A DNA stretch of 63,359 bases, filler included, from Licmophora abbreviata (lineage: Eukaryota), in the NCBI GenBank assembly GCA_900291995.1. It is 12 parts of 12 records of this genome, joined end to end, with 100 filler letters (N's around TTAATTAATTAA, not from the genome) between each part and the next. Parts side by side here need not be neighbours in the genome. Positions count along the whole stretch, not along the records: positions 32,492 to 37,631 come from OLMU01000648.1; positions 37,732 to 41,148 come from OLMU01000649.1; positions 41,249 to 58,147 come from OLMU01000650.1; 9 more parts are not named here. One strand, written 5' to 3'. The notes under the pieces were generated by a model that saw only the letters and a program-made list of their open reading frames with translations, had not been told where the DNA came from and searched no databases. Made by a program: the position numbers and the translations under genes. How positions within the stretch are numbered: the stretch's first letter is position 1; every line of letters starts with the position of its first letter. Positions 34,792-44,790 of the stretch are shown one piece after another.

Positions 34792-35327
34792 CTACAAGTC
34801 TTTCGTATTGTCATCTTCTGGCTTTCCTTCGTTGTCAAGATCCATCAAGACGTCAGACGCTTCATTTAAGGCTTCCGATATCATGGCCGCTTGTCCACCA
34901 GCGCTCTCCGTATTGACCGATAGAAAATCATTCTGCCTACCGACATTGATTGGTGTTTGCTTTGGCTTGGGGACCGTTGGCGGAACAGACCGAACATACA
35001 TGGCGAAAGCAATCAAACTCAAGAATACGAGTCCTCCAATGTAAGGCAATACTTTGAAACATTGCTGTAAACGCACGAAAGACGAAGGGGGTTGGTATGT
35101 TAGGCATGCAGGATAGTTTACGATGAATCTAAATAAACCCGGAGGTCGTACACGAGCTCTCTCGGAAATGACTGAATCTATGAATCTAGCCGGTATGACC
35201 CAATGATGTTGTTGCTCACCTCACGGGCTTTCGCCTCCGCTTCCAAGCGGGCTTTTCTCTCTTCTTTATTCTCAGCACGACGATTTCCATCCTTCTTCGT
35301 CCCTTTATTTTGTTTGCTCCGAGCCAT
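34792..35327 (-). CDS. Small single-pass membrane/coiled-coil protein, SMCO4-like (exons 35327-35220, 35064-34792)
   Basis: Basic coiled-coil 'ENKEERKARLEAEAKARE' spliced to 'QCFKVLPYIGGLVFLSLIAFAMYV'. Family resemblance judged by eye only. Confidence 0.65.
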
Positions 35328-35651
35328 AGCAAAATCAATAGCACAGACAATATGTAAGATGAGAGAGGTAGATGGGACGGTGACTTTCTTTGATTTCGTC
35401 AAGGGATTTGATTTTGAGCAAGGAGCTCGACGAAATATGTTCTACGCAGAGTTCAACGTGGGATCTTTTTTTTGCTAAGTGAGCGCGCTGGATCGCACAT
35501 GAGCCCATCGGTCATGTTTTGAGTTTGGTTGGTGAGATCAGAATTGAGAATGGCGCTGAGCGACACGCCGATGACGATTGGATTGTGAAGAGAGGGCACG
35601 TACATCACACGTCTTGATCGAAGCTCAAACAAGAAGCCTCTAAGGTGTACA

Positions 35652-37080
35652 ATGTCAGCGTCAAGTCGAATGTGGTGTCGATGTCTGATTTTGACTGCTT
35701 TCTTTAGACTTTCGAACAGTTTTGTGTTTCCCTCTAGAGTTCGGCTTCGACCGACATCAGCGCAACGATGTCTCCGCCTTGGTTCTCCTCGTCTTGCGAT
35801 GAGCGGGAGAAGTTATTTCGAGGCCCACAAAAACATAGAGATCCCCCTATTGGACCTCAGAGACTCGGAATATGCTGAAAAGATCATTACGCCACTGCCA
35901 TCCGCTCATTTGCCCGATGAACTGAGGACCGTTCACCTCTACGGCATGGAGCTTCGTCGACCTGTTCATAAAATGTTGATTGAACAAGCGATTGAGGCTG
36001 GAGCTACCACACCGTCCCAGGAGCGGCTCTATGGTCATCTAGTCACCAAACGAGATACGGAAGACTTGGTGGGGGCGATTGGCTGTAGCTCGGAGATCCT
36101 CATCAATGCGCTACCAGAGGAACCACAGAATGCGGGAAGTGACGTCGGAGACGATGCTCCGATCACCGTACTATGCCGCGGGGCTTTTCGGTTTCGAGTC
36201 AAGGAAATCAAAACGACGTTTCCGTATCCTGTAGCGATTGTGGATGAGCTGATCGATGATACTCCATCCACCAAGGAAAACACTGATGTTGATGGTGAAA
36301 ATGTCTTTGACGACGACGACGACGATGATGATGATCCATACGCATCTCTCGACACTCCCGAACTTGTTCAACGGACCTTGACTGGGATCAAGGCATTGGT
36401 GGACCAAAAACTGGGCAAAGAGGAGATTTCACCTCTGGAACAAGTGATTTTGGAGGATAGCGGGATAGACGTCACCGCGCAAAAGGACCAAGCCGAAGAG
36501 ATGGCGGCTGTGCTCGGAGTATTTATAGCATCGCTGATTGATATTGCTCCCATGCCGGTGGATCGCTTTTTTGCCATTGGTATGTTGGCAGCAGAACTTG
36601 CTAATTTTGATAACAAACAACGGGAGGAGATTCTTTGCATGACGGACGGCGTGGCGCGACTAAGAGTCGTTCTCGAAGCAGTGGACGGGAAGGTTGCACT
36701 CAATCGAGCCAAGAAGGTCGCCGAAGAAGTAACAGAGACAGTTAATGAAGTCAGCAGGGATCTCACAGTGGTAGGATGAGCTCATATGTGGTATGTGTGC
36801 GCCAGTGAAGAACTGTTGCTCGGTCCTCACACTGTATGACTTCATCCAATTCGCCCCGCAGGGAGAACCTGAGTTACCTGTTTGGGCCAAATCCCTTACT
36901 GATGGAACGCGGCTTGAGTACTTTTGGAACGAAATGTACGGCTGGGTCGGTGGGGTGGTCGTTGGCGAACCCATGAAGATAGTGGACGAGCTAGTTGTGA
37001 CTGTGAAGTTCGACGACGGCGAAACCCACAAACTTCCCTTTCGAGCCGACGAAAAGGTACGATGGAGACCTCCGCAGTAG
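35652..37080 (+). CDS. Plastid-targeted Lon N-terminal (substrate-binding) domain protein (exons 35652-36770, 36862-37080)
   Basis: Signal ending SNS-F; 'VGAIGCSSEI', 'CRGAFRFRVKEIKTTFPYPVAIVDELID', 'REEILCMTDGVARL'. C-terminal Tudor/SH3-like segment. Confidence 0.7.
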
Positions 37081-37431
37081 CAGCACGATTGCTGAAGCGC
37101 TACTCATTACGACATACTTGGAAGGGCGAAGACTTACAATAGTGCTAGCTAGCTATTGCACGAATATCATCGACTCTATAGAGAAAGTCCCTAGCTAAGG
37201 AGGTACCTGGGATGGTCGATCGTAAGAGATGTCATACATAGAGTTTCGTTCTGTGTTTCAGTCGAGCCAGTCGTGGTCACGAGCTCTCACACGTCCGCCG
37301 CGCCGCCTTTGTGTAAGGAGATTCCTACCTGGAGTCGCGTAGAAAGTGTTTCAACATTGGAGCTTGTCGTGATGGCGAGAGAGCCGCACAAGTCAAATCC
37401 TGGCGCGATCACCACCCCAACAGCATCAACC

Positions 37432-38293
37432 ATGAGCGGAAAAGGTAAGTTTACGACCATAAGATCGTCTATCGACTGCTTGTTACTGTAAGGTTTGGCT
37501 ATTTGGATCGTATGAGTAATGTGTCCAAGCGATTTGGGAGGATAATGAGCTTAAAACGGTCAAACCGTCTTGATAGACACGACAACGCACTTCTCACGCC
37601 GCAGCCTTGCTCTCGTATCGCTTTTACTGTTNNNNNNNNNNNNNNNNNNNNNNNNNNNNNNNNNNNNNNNNNNNNTTAATTAATTAANNNNNNNNNNNNN
37701 NNNNNNNNNNNNNNNNNNNNNNNNNNNNNNNGGCAAAGCTGGAAAGTCTGTCTCTTCTTCCACCAAGGCTGGATTGCAGTTCCCGGTCGGTCGTATCGGC
37801 CGCTACCTCCGTCAGGGAAAGTACGCCACTCGCATGGGTGCCGGCGCTCCCGTGTACCTTGCGGCCGTCCTTGAGTATCTCTGTGCCGAGATCCTCGAGC
37901 TCGCTGGCAACGCTGCCCGTGACAACAAGAAGAGTCGCATGTATGTTTATGATACGTTCTGTACAATCTTGGACGTAATCTGTACGATGCGACCTCTCTA
38001 GAGAGTAATCCTGTGTTACTCACAGTCCTCCCTGTCTTTGTGTATCCAGCGCTCCTCGTCACATCACTCTTGCCGTCAAGAACGACGAGGAGCTGAATAA
38101 CTTGCTCGGAAATGTGACGATTGCATCTGGTGGTGTCCTTCCAAATATCCATGCGGTGAGTGTTTTGGAGTACTGAAGCGTCCTCGGTGCGAATCGTCAC
38201 TCACACGTGACATTGTTCTCTCTCGTCATATGGCAGGTGCTCCTCCCCAAGAAATCGGGAAGCAAGGGCAAGGGGGCCAGTCAGGAATATTAG
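37432..38293 (+). CDS. H2AX: Histone H2A.X with at least three introns
   Basis: '[15 protein letters not shown]', '[26 protein letters not shown]'. Introns at 37445-(gap), 37941-38049 and 38156-38236; spliced C-terminus '[18 protein letters not shown]'. Confidence 0.93.
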
Positions 38294-38660
38294 CAATCTT
38301 CTGTGTCTTTGTGTATGGGGTCGTAAAGCGCATCGCTGTATGTTTGGGGCATCCACAGGTACCATTCATCTCGACTGTCGCAAGCCTGCGACTGTTTGGG
38401 TGACTTGATAAGGAAGCTTCTGATATGTAATGCCTACGATAGCAGTATTAGTTCTTGGCCCATTGATCATGAGTAGATTTACCCGTGCACTAGACAGAAG
38501 TCGTCCTGTTAAGCTGTGTGATTGCGTTGTCGTGGTGGGCCCTCTAAAGTAGATCTACTCGTAGACTTTATGTCGCAATGTTTCTTTGGTCCAGGGGAAG
38601 ACATAGATTAACACGACCTGTTATGATGACATGTCAGACTAAAGATTGCTAAAATGCAAT

Positions 38661-39788
38661 CTAGTCGCCCCTGTCGTCCACACCGGCCTTGGCGTTCGCC
38701 CAATGATTCCCGTTGAGCTTGACATCGACCGTGATCTTGCTCGCCCGCTTGGTGTCGTCAAGCTCCGTCGTTTCCAGCACGGAATACGATAGATCCGCCA
38801 ACCCATTTGACTTCCATGTAGTTTCGTGCTCATCTAGGGCTTCCCACTTGACCATACACTTCCATTCCTTATTACTCTTCAAGAAATCCAGTTTCTCGTG
38901 CAATGTCATTTCCTCAAGATCCTTCAGTGTTCCTTGATCGGGCCATTCCCACCTTATCCCTAGTTTCTCGAGCCGTTTTTGCATTTCATCGTCTTCGCCT
39001 CCCCACCCCCAGAACGTATTGGGATATCCATTGATTCGCTTATAGTCCGACAAGGAAAAACTCACTACGCCGCCGAAATACTTGGGATTGTTGGAGTATC
39101 GATCCCACACCCGTGCAATATGAATCGGCACCTTGGGAAACTTGGCATAGTAGGCACCCAGATCCGTTTGAGGCAAGAGATCAACGTCGTGAAAAATACA
39201 CACATCATGTCGCCTTTTCGACTTGCGCGCGAGATCAAACCCAATGTTTAAAAGTTTTCCTCGGTTGAACTTCCGGCCATCATTGCTCTGCTCGATAATA
39301 TAAATGGCGTAATCACTGACACGTTTCGTCTTCAAGAGGTGTCTCAGAAACTCGTGCATGTGCGGAATAAATTGTTTCAGATGCTTCGCTCGATGCTGAG
39401 AGGGATGCAAGTCCCGGTAAGGAACAATGATTGCTACCGAGGTGGCATCTGCCAAGTCCAAGTCTTCATCAGGAGCCAGCGGCTTGGAGGCAGCAGTCGC
39501 TGTGCGAGCACGCTTGGCCGCCGGTGGCTCGACTCTAACTCGCGAAACAATATCTCCCAGATCAGACGAAGACTTGGCCACCGATGCCTGCTTTTGTTTC
39601 TGTTCTCGTTTCACATTCATTTCCGCTCTTCGTTTGGCTTTCGAGGGGTCGGCAGCTTCGGATGCGGTTGGGAAGTGCCACTGTGTGTGCTTCGTCTCGG
39701 AATGAGAGTAGTAATGGCGCTTCTGCGAATTTGAAAAGCCACGAGACCAGCCGGGGGGCAGAGGAGCGTCACTGCCGGAGTCTGACAT
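38661..39788 (-). CDS. WW-domain + GT7 (beta-1,4-galactosyltransferase-like) protein
   Basis: WW 'LPPGWSRGFSNSQKRHYYSHSETKHTQWHFP'. GT7 motifs 'IIVPYRD', 'FNRGKLLNIGF', 'FHDVDLLP', 'YFGGV', 'INGYPNTFWGWGGEDDE'. Confidence 0.88.
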   Translation of the reverse strand: MSDSGSDAPLPPGWSRGFSNSQKRHYYSHSETKHTQWHFPTASEAADPSKAKRRAEMNVKREQKQKQASVAKSSSDLGDIVSRVRVEPPAAKRARTATAASKPLAPDEDLDLADATSVAIIVPYRDLHPSQHRAKHLKQFIPHMHEFLRHLLKTKRVSDYAIYIIEQSNDGRKFNRGKLLNIGFDLARKSKRRHDVCIFHDVDLLPQTDLGAYYAKFPKVPIHIARVWDRYSNNPKYFGGVVSFSLSDYKRINGYPNTFWGWGGEDDEMQKRLEKLGIRWEWPDQGTLKDLEEMTLHEKLDFLKSNKEWKCMVKWEALDEHETTWKSNGLADLSYSVLETTELDDTKRASKITVDVKLNGNHWANAKAGVDDRGD

Positions 39789-40060
39789 GGCTTTGAGTAA
39801 TGGTAGAGAGGAGAGACGACGGATAACAAGGCTGCAGGCACGGCAATAGAAATCTAGACCTTCATGGTTCTCATGCTGCGGTCCGTCGCCACGCGACACG
39901 TTGGTCAGCGGTCGCCGTACGTACCAGGTACCATTACGTGACATTTTTTTCGGCCGCAGACGGGACGTGGGAAGCTAACATAGATGCGGCCCGAAGGGAG
40001 GCATCGCCTATGCATCGCGCCTATGGATCACCTCTATAGCATTATTGATCGGATAGATGC

Positions 40061-41765
40061 TTACGCTGCCATGTACGCCGTCGGTTTCTCCTTGAAGTCT
40101 GCTATACGTTCCACTTCCTTCATGACACGCAAACACTTTTCATCCTGAAAGGCCGGTGTCATGACGCTTACTCCCAGGGGCAAGCCGGCACTGCCTTGCA
40201 TGACCTTGTTGGCGAGTCTCGCCAAGTGATCTTGCTGGTTGGTTGGGAGAACGTCCATGGGATAGCTCTGCTCGTGTTCTTGAACCGTTGTAACGGGTAC
40301 AATGCCGGCAGGCCACAACAACATGTTGGCCATGAACATGTACGAAAATGCCGACGTAAGGTCGCCCGAGATGCCATGTGGCAGTGCGGGAAGCGGTAGA
40401 GCTGGACTAATAATGGCATCGACTCCTGATCGAACGACCGCATTGGCCCATGCCCTACGTAGTTTAATCAGCTCTGCAGTCAGCTGCCATAATTCCCACA
40501 CAGATATGCCACCAGAGCCTGTTCGGGAAAGACGTACAATCGCAGGTGAGCTTTCACATCGGGGTTGACAAAGACAGTGGAACTCAACCATTACTCACGT
40601 CCAGCTCCAAGGAGATGACCTCGACGCTTGTCAATCAGCATACAAACGAGCGGGCGCAACACGTTAGGAAGATTCGCCGCCTTGTACAGCGTTCCGTATT
40701 CGGAAATCAATTCTTCTCCTTCTAGTGCCTCTACAAAGCTCCGCATGTTTCCTTCCGCGGCATTGATAGCTACCAACAGTCCATAGGAGTGCCATCCGTC
40801 TGTCGGGGCTTCGAACGGAACACACGTGTGTCCTGCCTGCGTCAGGGCGTCAATCGTTTCTCGCAGACCTCGCTTCGCGGCAGCGCATGGTTCGAACCAA
40901 TGGTCCGTCTCGAAGTATCCAATCGTGAGCCTGCCACTCGTTCGGTAGGCGTTGTCGTCGAATGGAATCCGTGGGATGTTAAGATCGGCGTCGAAGAGCT
41001 CTGTCACGCACACAGCTTTCATGAAAAGCGCACAGTCGTCGACCGAACGAGCGATTGGTCCGACCGTAGCTGGAATGGCCACGGTAGTTCCGGACTTGTT
41101 GTCCTTCCGAGGTCTCATGTTGCCCATGTCAGAGAGACGTGTTGATGTNNNNNNNNNNNNNNNNNNNNNNNNNNNNNNNNNNNNNNNNNNNNTTAATTAA
41201 TTAANNNNNNNNNNNNNNNNNNNNNNNNNNNNNNNNNNNNNNNNNNNNGTCTGAGCCGACATGCCAGTCCGCCCGTCGAGAAAGAACCTTTCAAGCCGAT
41301 GCAGTCCTTGACTGAAATCGGAACACCATAGAGAGGCTGCTTGTCCGAAATATTTCCTTTCCAGGCCGGTGTTTTGGCTGTCGCGTACGCATCGTCGTAG
41401 AGCTCCTCCGTTATCGCGTTGGCGCGCTGCTCGTCTCGTCCGTACCGTCTACAGCGCCTTGCAAGAACGACCACGTGCTCTGCAGGCTCCAGTTTTCGAG
41501 AAGCAACTCTGTCTCCTGTCTCCGATGCCGTCAGCTCACTGTTCGATTCCTCTTGCTGGATGGGAAGCTCCAAGCAATGGTGTACCTTGGTACGTTCCTC
41601 GCGGACGGCTCGGGCGATCCATTCGTCGAGCTCGGCTCTCCGCGTCCGCCGTTTCTGAATCTTTAGGACAATTAGGGACGATACGAGCACCACAGCGCCT
41701 GCGACGACGTATTGTGTCATTGACATGGTTGGAAGAGTACCGCTGTGCGGCGTCGTCTCAAGCAT
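40061..41765 (-). CDS. Fatty acid amide hydrolase / amidase-signature enzyme (middle lost in linker; intron 40519-40598)
   Basis: N-terminal TM, 'PLYGVPISVKDC', 'GPIARSVDD', 'GLPLGVSV...DEKCLRVMKEVE'. The GGSS signature presumably lies in the gap. Confidence 0.88.
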
Positions 41766-42476
41766 CACATCATGGTTAGATGCTCTACTATGATGTTTTC
41801 ACATCGATGCTGGAGTTGCCATTGCACAGACATCCATCTTTGTCCTCTCTTTCGATCTCTCGATCGAGCACAGTCCCAAAAGATTCTCCTGCCAAAATGA
41901 CACAAAGGTTCAAGCAGCGCTGCTGGCTCGTGCGTGTCAAGTGCCTACGTAATTTCTACTGCAGATCGGTACTGTGTAGCTGCCACCAGCAAGACACCGC
42001 GCAGTGTGATGTGTGTGTTCCGGGAACGCAAAAAACGCGGGAAGCGCAACATCACAAGAATCTACACATGTGGTGAACTGGGCTTGCCTCAAAGGTATCC
42101 TCATCCACACTGAACTGTTATCAACCAAGAGATCATCCCGACAGCAAGGTTTCCCTGTCTTAACTTCCCTGATACTGACCTCACAGAGTTTTGCGATCGC
42201 GAGTGACTTGTTTGCTTGCTTGTGGCTTGGACTTTCCAAGTTTGAAGAATCTGAACCACGCAAGAGTTGGACCGTACCGATTCGGTAAGGTATCCTCCCT
42301 GAATCAGGACTGACTTTCTACGTGCCAGGTGAACACTACAAGGTACCCTACTTTTCCCATCGATACCACGACCAATTCTTTCCGAAACTGTGGCGCTGTG
42401 CTTGTGCCTCCAGACGAACCCTCCGAAAAACAGAATTACGTGAGACTCACCTAAGTCGTTCCCCAAGAACATCGCC

Positions 42477-44651
42477 ATGATGGACTCAGATCCATCGTTG
42501 CACCCTCATGGCCCTACTTCGTCAACTCCGGTGCCCACGGATGCCCTCTTGAGGCATCCTTTGCGACAGAGGAAAGGCTCCCTGCCATTCAAGAAGCGTC
42601 GACTTTTTGATACGATGCAGCCTCTCTCCACTCCTTCTGGACTCCGCAGCATGCTTCATCCAGTGACCCCTTCACCTCATCGCACCATGTCTATGATGGG
42701 CAGTAGCGACGAAACTATCGCTGCATTGGCCTTAGTAGCTGCTGCTGCCTCTCCCTTGATGGCTCGGTCCGTGTCAGAGATGGCACCGAGCGACGAAGAT
42801 CGAGCCACCCCCGTGAATCCCATACTGATGCGCAACAACGACGTTTCGTTGTTGGAATCGTCCGTTTGCAAACTGGTTTCTCCAGAAGTTACCCATTCAA
42901 TCAAGGAACTGCCACCTCCCAGTCCGAGCCCCGGCGGTAGCCGGCGGGTGCACCACCCTCCTCTCTTGGCGCCTAACCCAAATGGTTGTCACGGTATAAC
43001 TTCGCGCAACAACTCCTACTGTCGTCGCACGCCCTGCTATAAGAATAGCAAGTTCTGCAAACTACACTACCAACAGAACATGGTCTCGGGGAATCAACCA
43101 ACAGAGGAGGAGCCGTCGTCGATTGATCTGGAAGAACAAGCCACCGCAACTACTACCACACCATCGACAAGTTCTACATCTGGTGTGACCTTTCAGGATA
43201 GACGATTCTCAGGTCTGAGTGGAGAACGGCGTTGCTCGGCCACTACTACAAGAGGGAGATCGTGTGCGTACGTTGCAGTCAACGACACGCAGTACTGCTA
43301 TCTCCATGCGGATTACGATAACAACCCACCCCCGAGACGTGGTGGCGCTTCTACCACGATATTGATGGCGCAGGCGGGTCTGCTGTCTTCGAATGATCCT
43401 AAATTCTCGGTAAAGACGCCCCTGGTGCCTCCCCTCAAGCTCAATACGCTGTCCGCCCCGTGCCTTCACTCTTCGCCTCCGTCTGTCACATCAGAAGAAT
43501 CGAATTCGTCGCACTTGGCGACGCAAGATGCACATGTTGTACCTGCTGCTGGAGGATCTCCATATCCGATGCTGAGTTCTGTTTCCTCCAACCATTGGTA
43601 CGATCTCAAAGTCCTCATCACGACTGGGCCTTTGATAAATCGTGTGGGGCGTGTGACCAGGTGGGGAAATGGATGGGTTTCCGTACAAGTCCTGACCAGC
43701 TCCGGTGAGATTGCCCAAGGTTTGGTGCACAATCGTCGATCTGTCGAACTGTTGCTTGTTCCCGAAGACCATCCACTAGAACCAATGCCATCACAGTCCA
43801 AGAGCTTGGTCGTAGAACACAGTGGGATGTCATATGACACGGAGGATTCACCTCTCAAGCGGTGTGTGTCGAATGGAATTGACGGCTCGAGTTTGCGAAA
43901 AGCGGGCACGGCCTTTTTGTCTGTAGCAAACGACGAAGCAGCTGCTGAGCAGCAGTTCATGTCGCCCTGTGTGAGCGACTCTGTCGACGAGAATGACAAG
44001 GTAACAAACAACCATTCCAACATTGACGATGGTGCATTTGCGACGCCTGCGCTTTCTCTGAAGACGACTCCATTGGGCGACGTCTCCCAGAAAACGGCAC
44101 CAGATGAGCAAATCACCGCCCTGGCATCCTTGTCGAAAAGCGACTCACTAGTCGTAGTTGACATGGCCCCTCCAGAGCCTGCAAAGCATCAAAGTGTGAC
44201 AATGGCAGATACTTTAGAGGGAAAATCGGTCGCTGAAGGCGCTACAGAGCATGCTAGAAACGCTTCTCGCTCATCGTTCGAGAGCGTGAGAACGAAGCCA
44301 CTTGCCAGCACTGATATAACTTCGCTGCCATCAGAAGAAAATCGGGAGAGTTGCTCATTGCCTTCAGCAATCACGCCGACGCAGTATTCTTCCAGCGACG
44401 GACACACGCCGGGGAAGGAGAAGGAGCTAGGTCAAGTTCTGACAACGGAAGGTCGTGGCCGTAAGCACTCGCTCGACTTGCTGTTTGGTACTGCCGCACT
44501 GGACAGAAGTCGCCGAAAAGTTCAAAAACCGTCGCGGTACGAAGATACTGCAATGTTGGAAAAAGCAATAGCTAGTCAACAGGTCCTAGAAGGTGCACTA
44601 AAGGCAGCTTCCCCTTCGCCCCGAAAGCGGGGCTATTCTGGGTCTACGTGA
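42477..44651 (+). CDS. Hypothetical nuclear protein with two C3H zinc-finger-like motifs and a KOW/SH3-like domain
   Basis: 'CHGITSRNNSYCRRTPCYKNSKFCKLH', 'CSATTTRGRSCAYVAVNDTQYCYLH', 'KVLITTGPLINRVGRVTRWGNGWVSV', 'LPFKKRR'. Confidence 0.7.
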   Translation: MMDSDPSLHPHGPTSSTPVPTDALLRHPLRQRKGSLPFKKRRLFDTMQPLSTPSGLRSMLHPVTPSPHRTMSMMGSSDETIAALALVAAAASPLMARSVSEMAPSDEDRATPVNPILMRNNDVSLLESSVCKLVSPEVTHSIKELPPPSPSPGGSRRVHHPPLLAPNPNGCHGITSRNNSYCRRTPCYKNSKFCKLHYQQNMVSGNQPTEEEPSSIDLEEQATATTTTPSTSSTSGVTFQDRRFSGLSGERRCSATTTRGRSCAYVAVNDTQYCYLHADYDNNPPPRRGGASTTILMAQAGLLSSNDPKFSVKTPLVPPLKLNTLSAPCLHSSPPSVTSEESNSSHLATQDAHVVPAAGGSPYPMLSSVSSNHWYDLKVLITTGPLINRVGRVTRWGNGWVSVQVLTSSGEIAQGLVHNRRSVELLLVPEDHPLEPMPSQSKSLVVEHSGMSYDTEDSPLKRCVSNGIDGSSLRKAGTAFLSVANDEAAAEQQFMSPCVSDSVDENDKVTNNHSNIDDGAFATPALSLKTTPLGDVSQKTAPDEQITALASLSKSDSLVVVDMAPPEPAKHQSVTMADTLEGKSVAEGATEHARNASRSSFESVRTKPLASTDITSLPSEENRESCSLPSAITPTQYSSSDGHTPGKEKELGQVLTTEGRGRKHSLDLLFGTAALDRSRRKVQKPSRYEDTAMLEKAIASQQVLEGALKAASPSPRKRGYSGST

Positions 44652-44790
44652 AGTTGGCGATTACGAGCTTTGCATATTTGCATCTGTACGTTCGACGTCT
44701 TCTGACATTTTTCATCTAGCTTCTACATTTATCAAACGCCTTTGGCAATTTTACAATGGTAGTCCATAGGTGGCGCTATCGAAAAGCTTA

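Noticed and set aside
41149..41248. Amidase apparently lacking its GGSS catalytic signature
   Set aside because: The missing segment coincides with the assembly gap, so it is not evidence of pseudogenisation.
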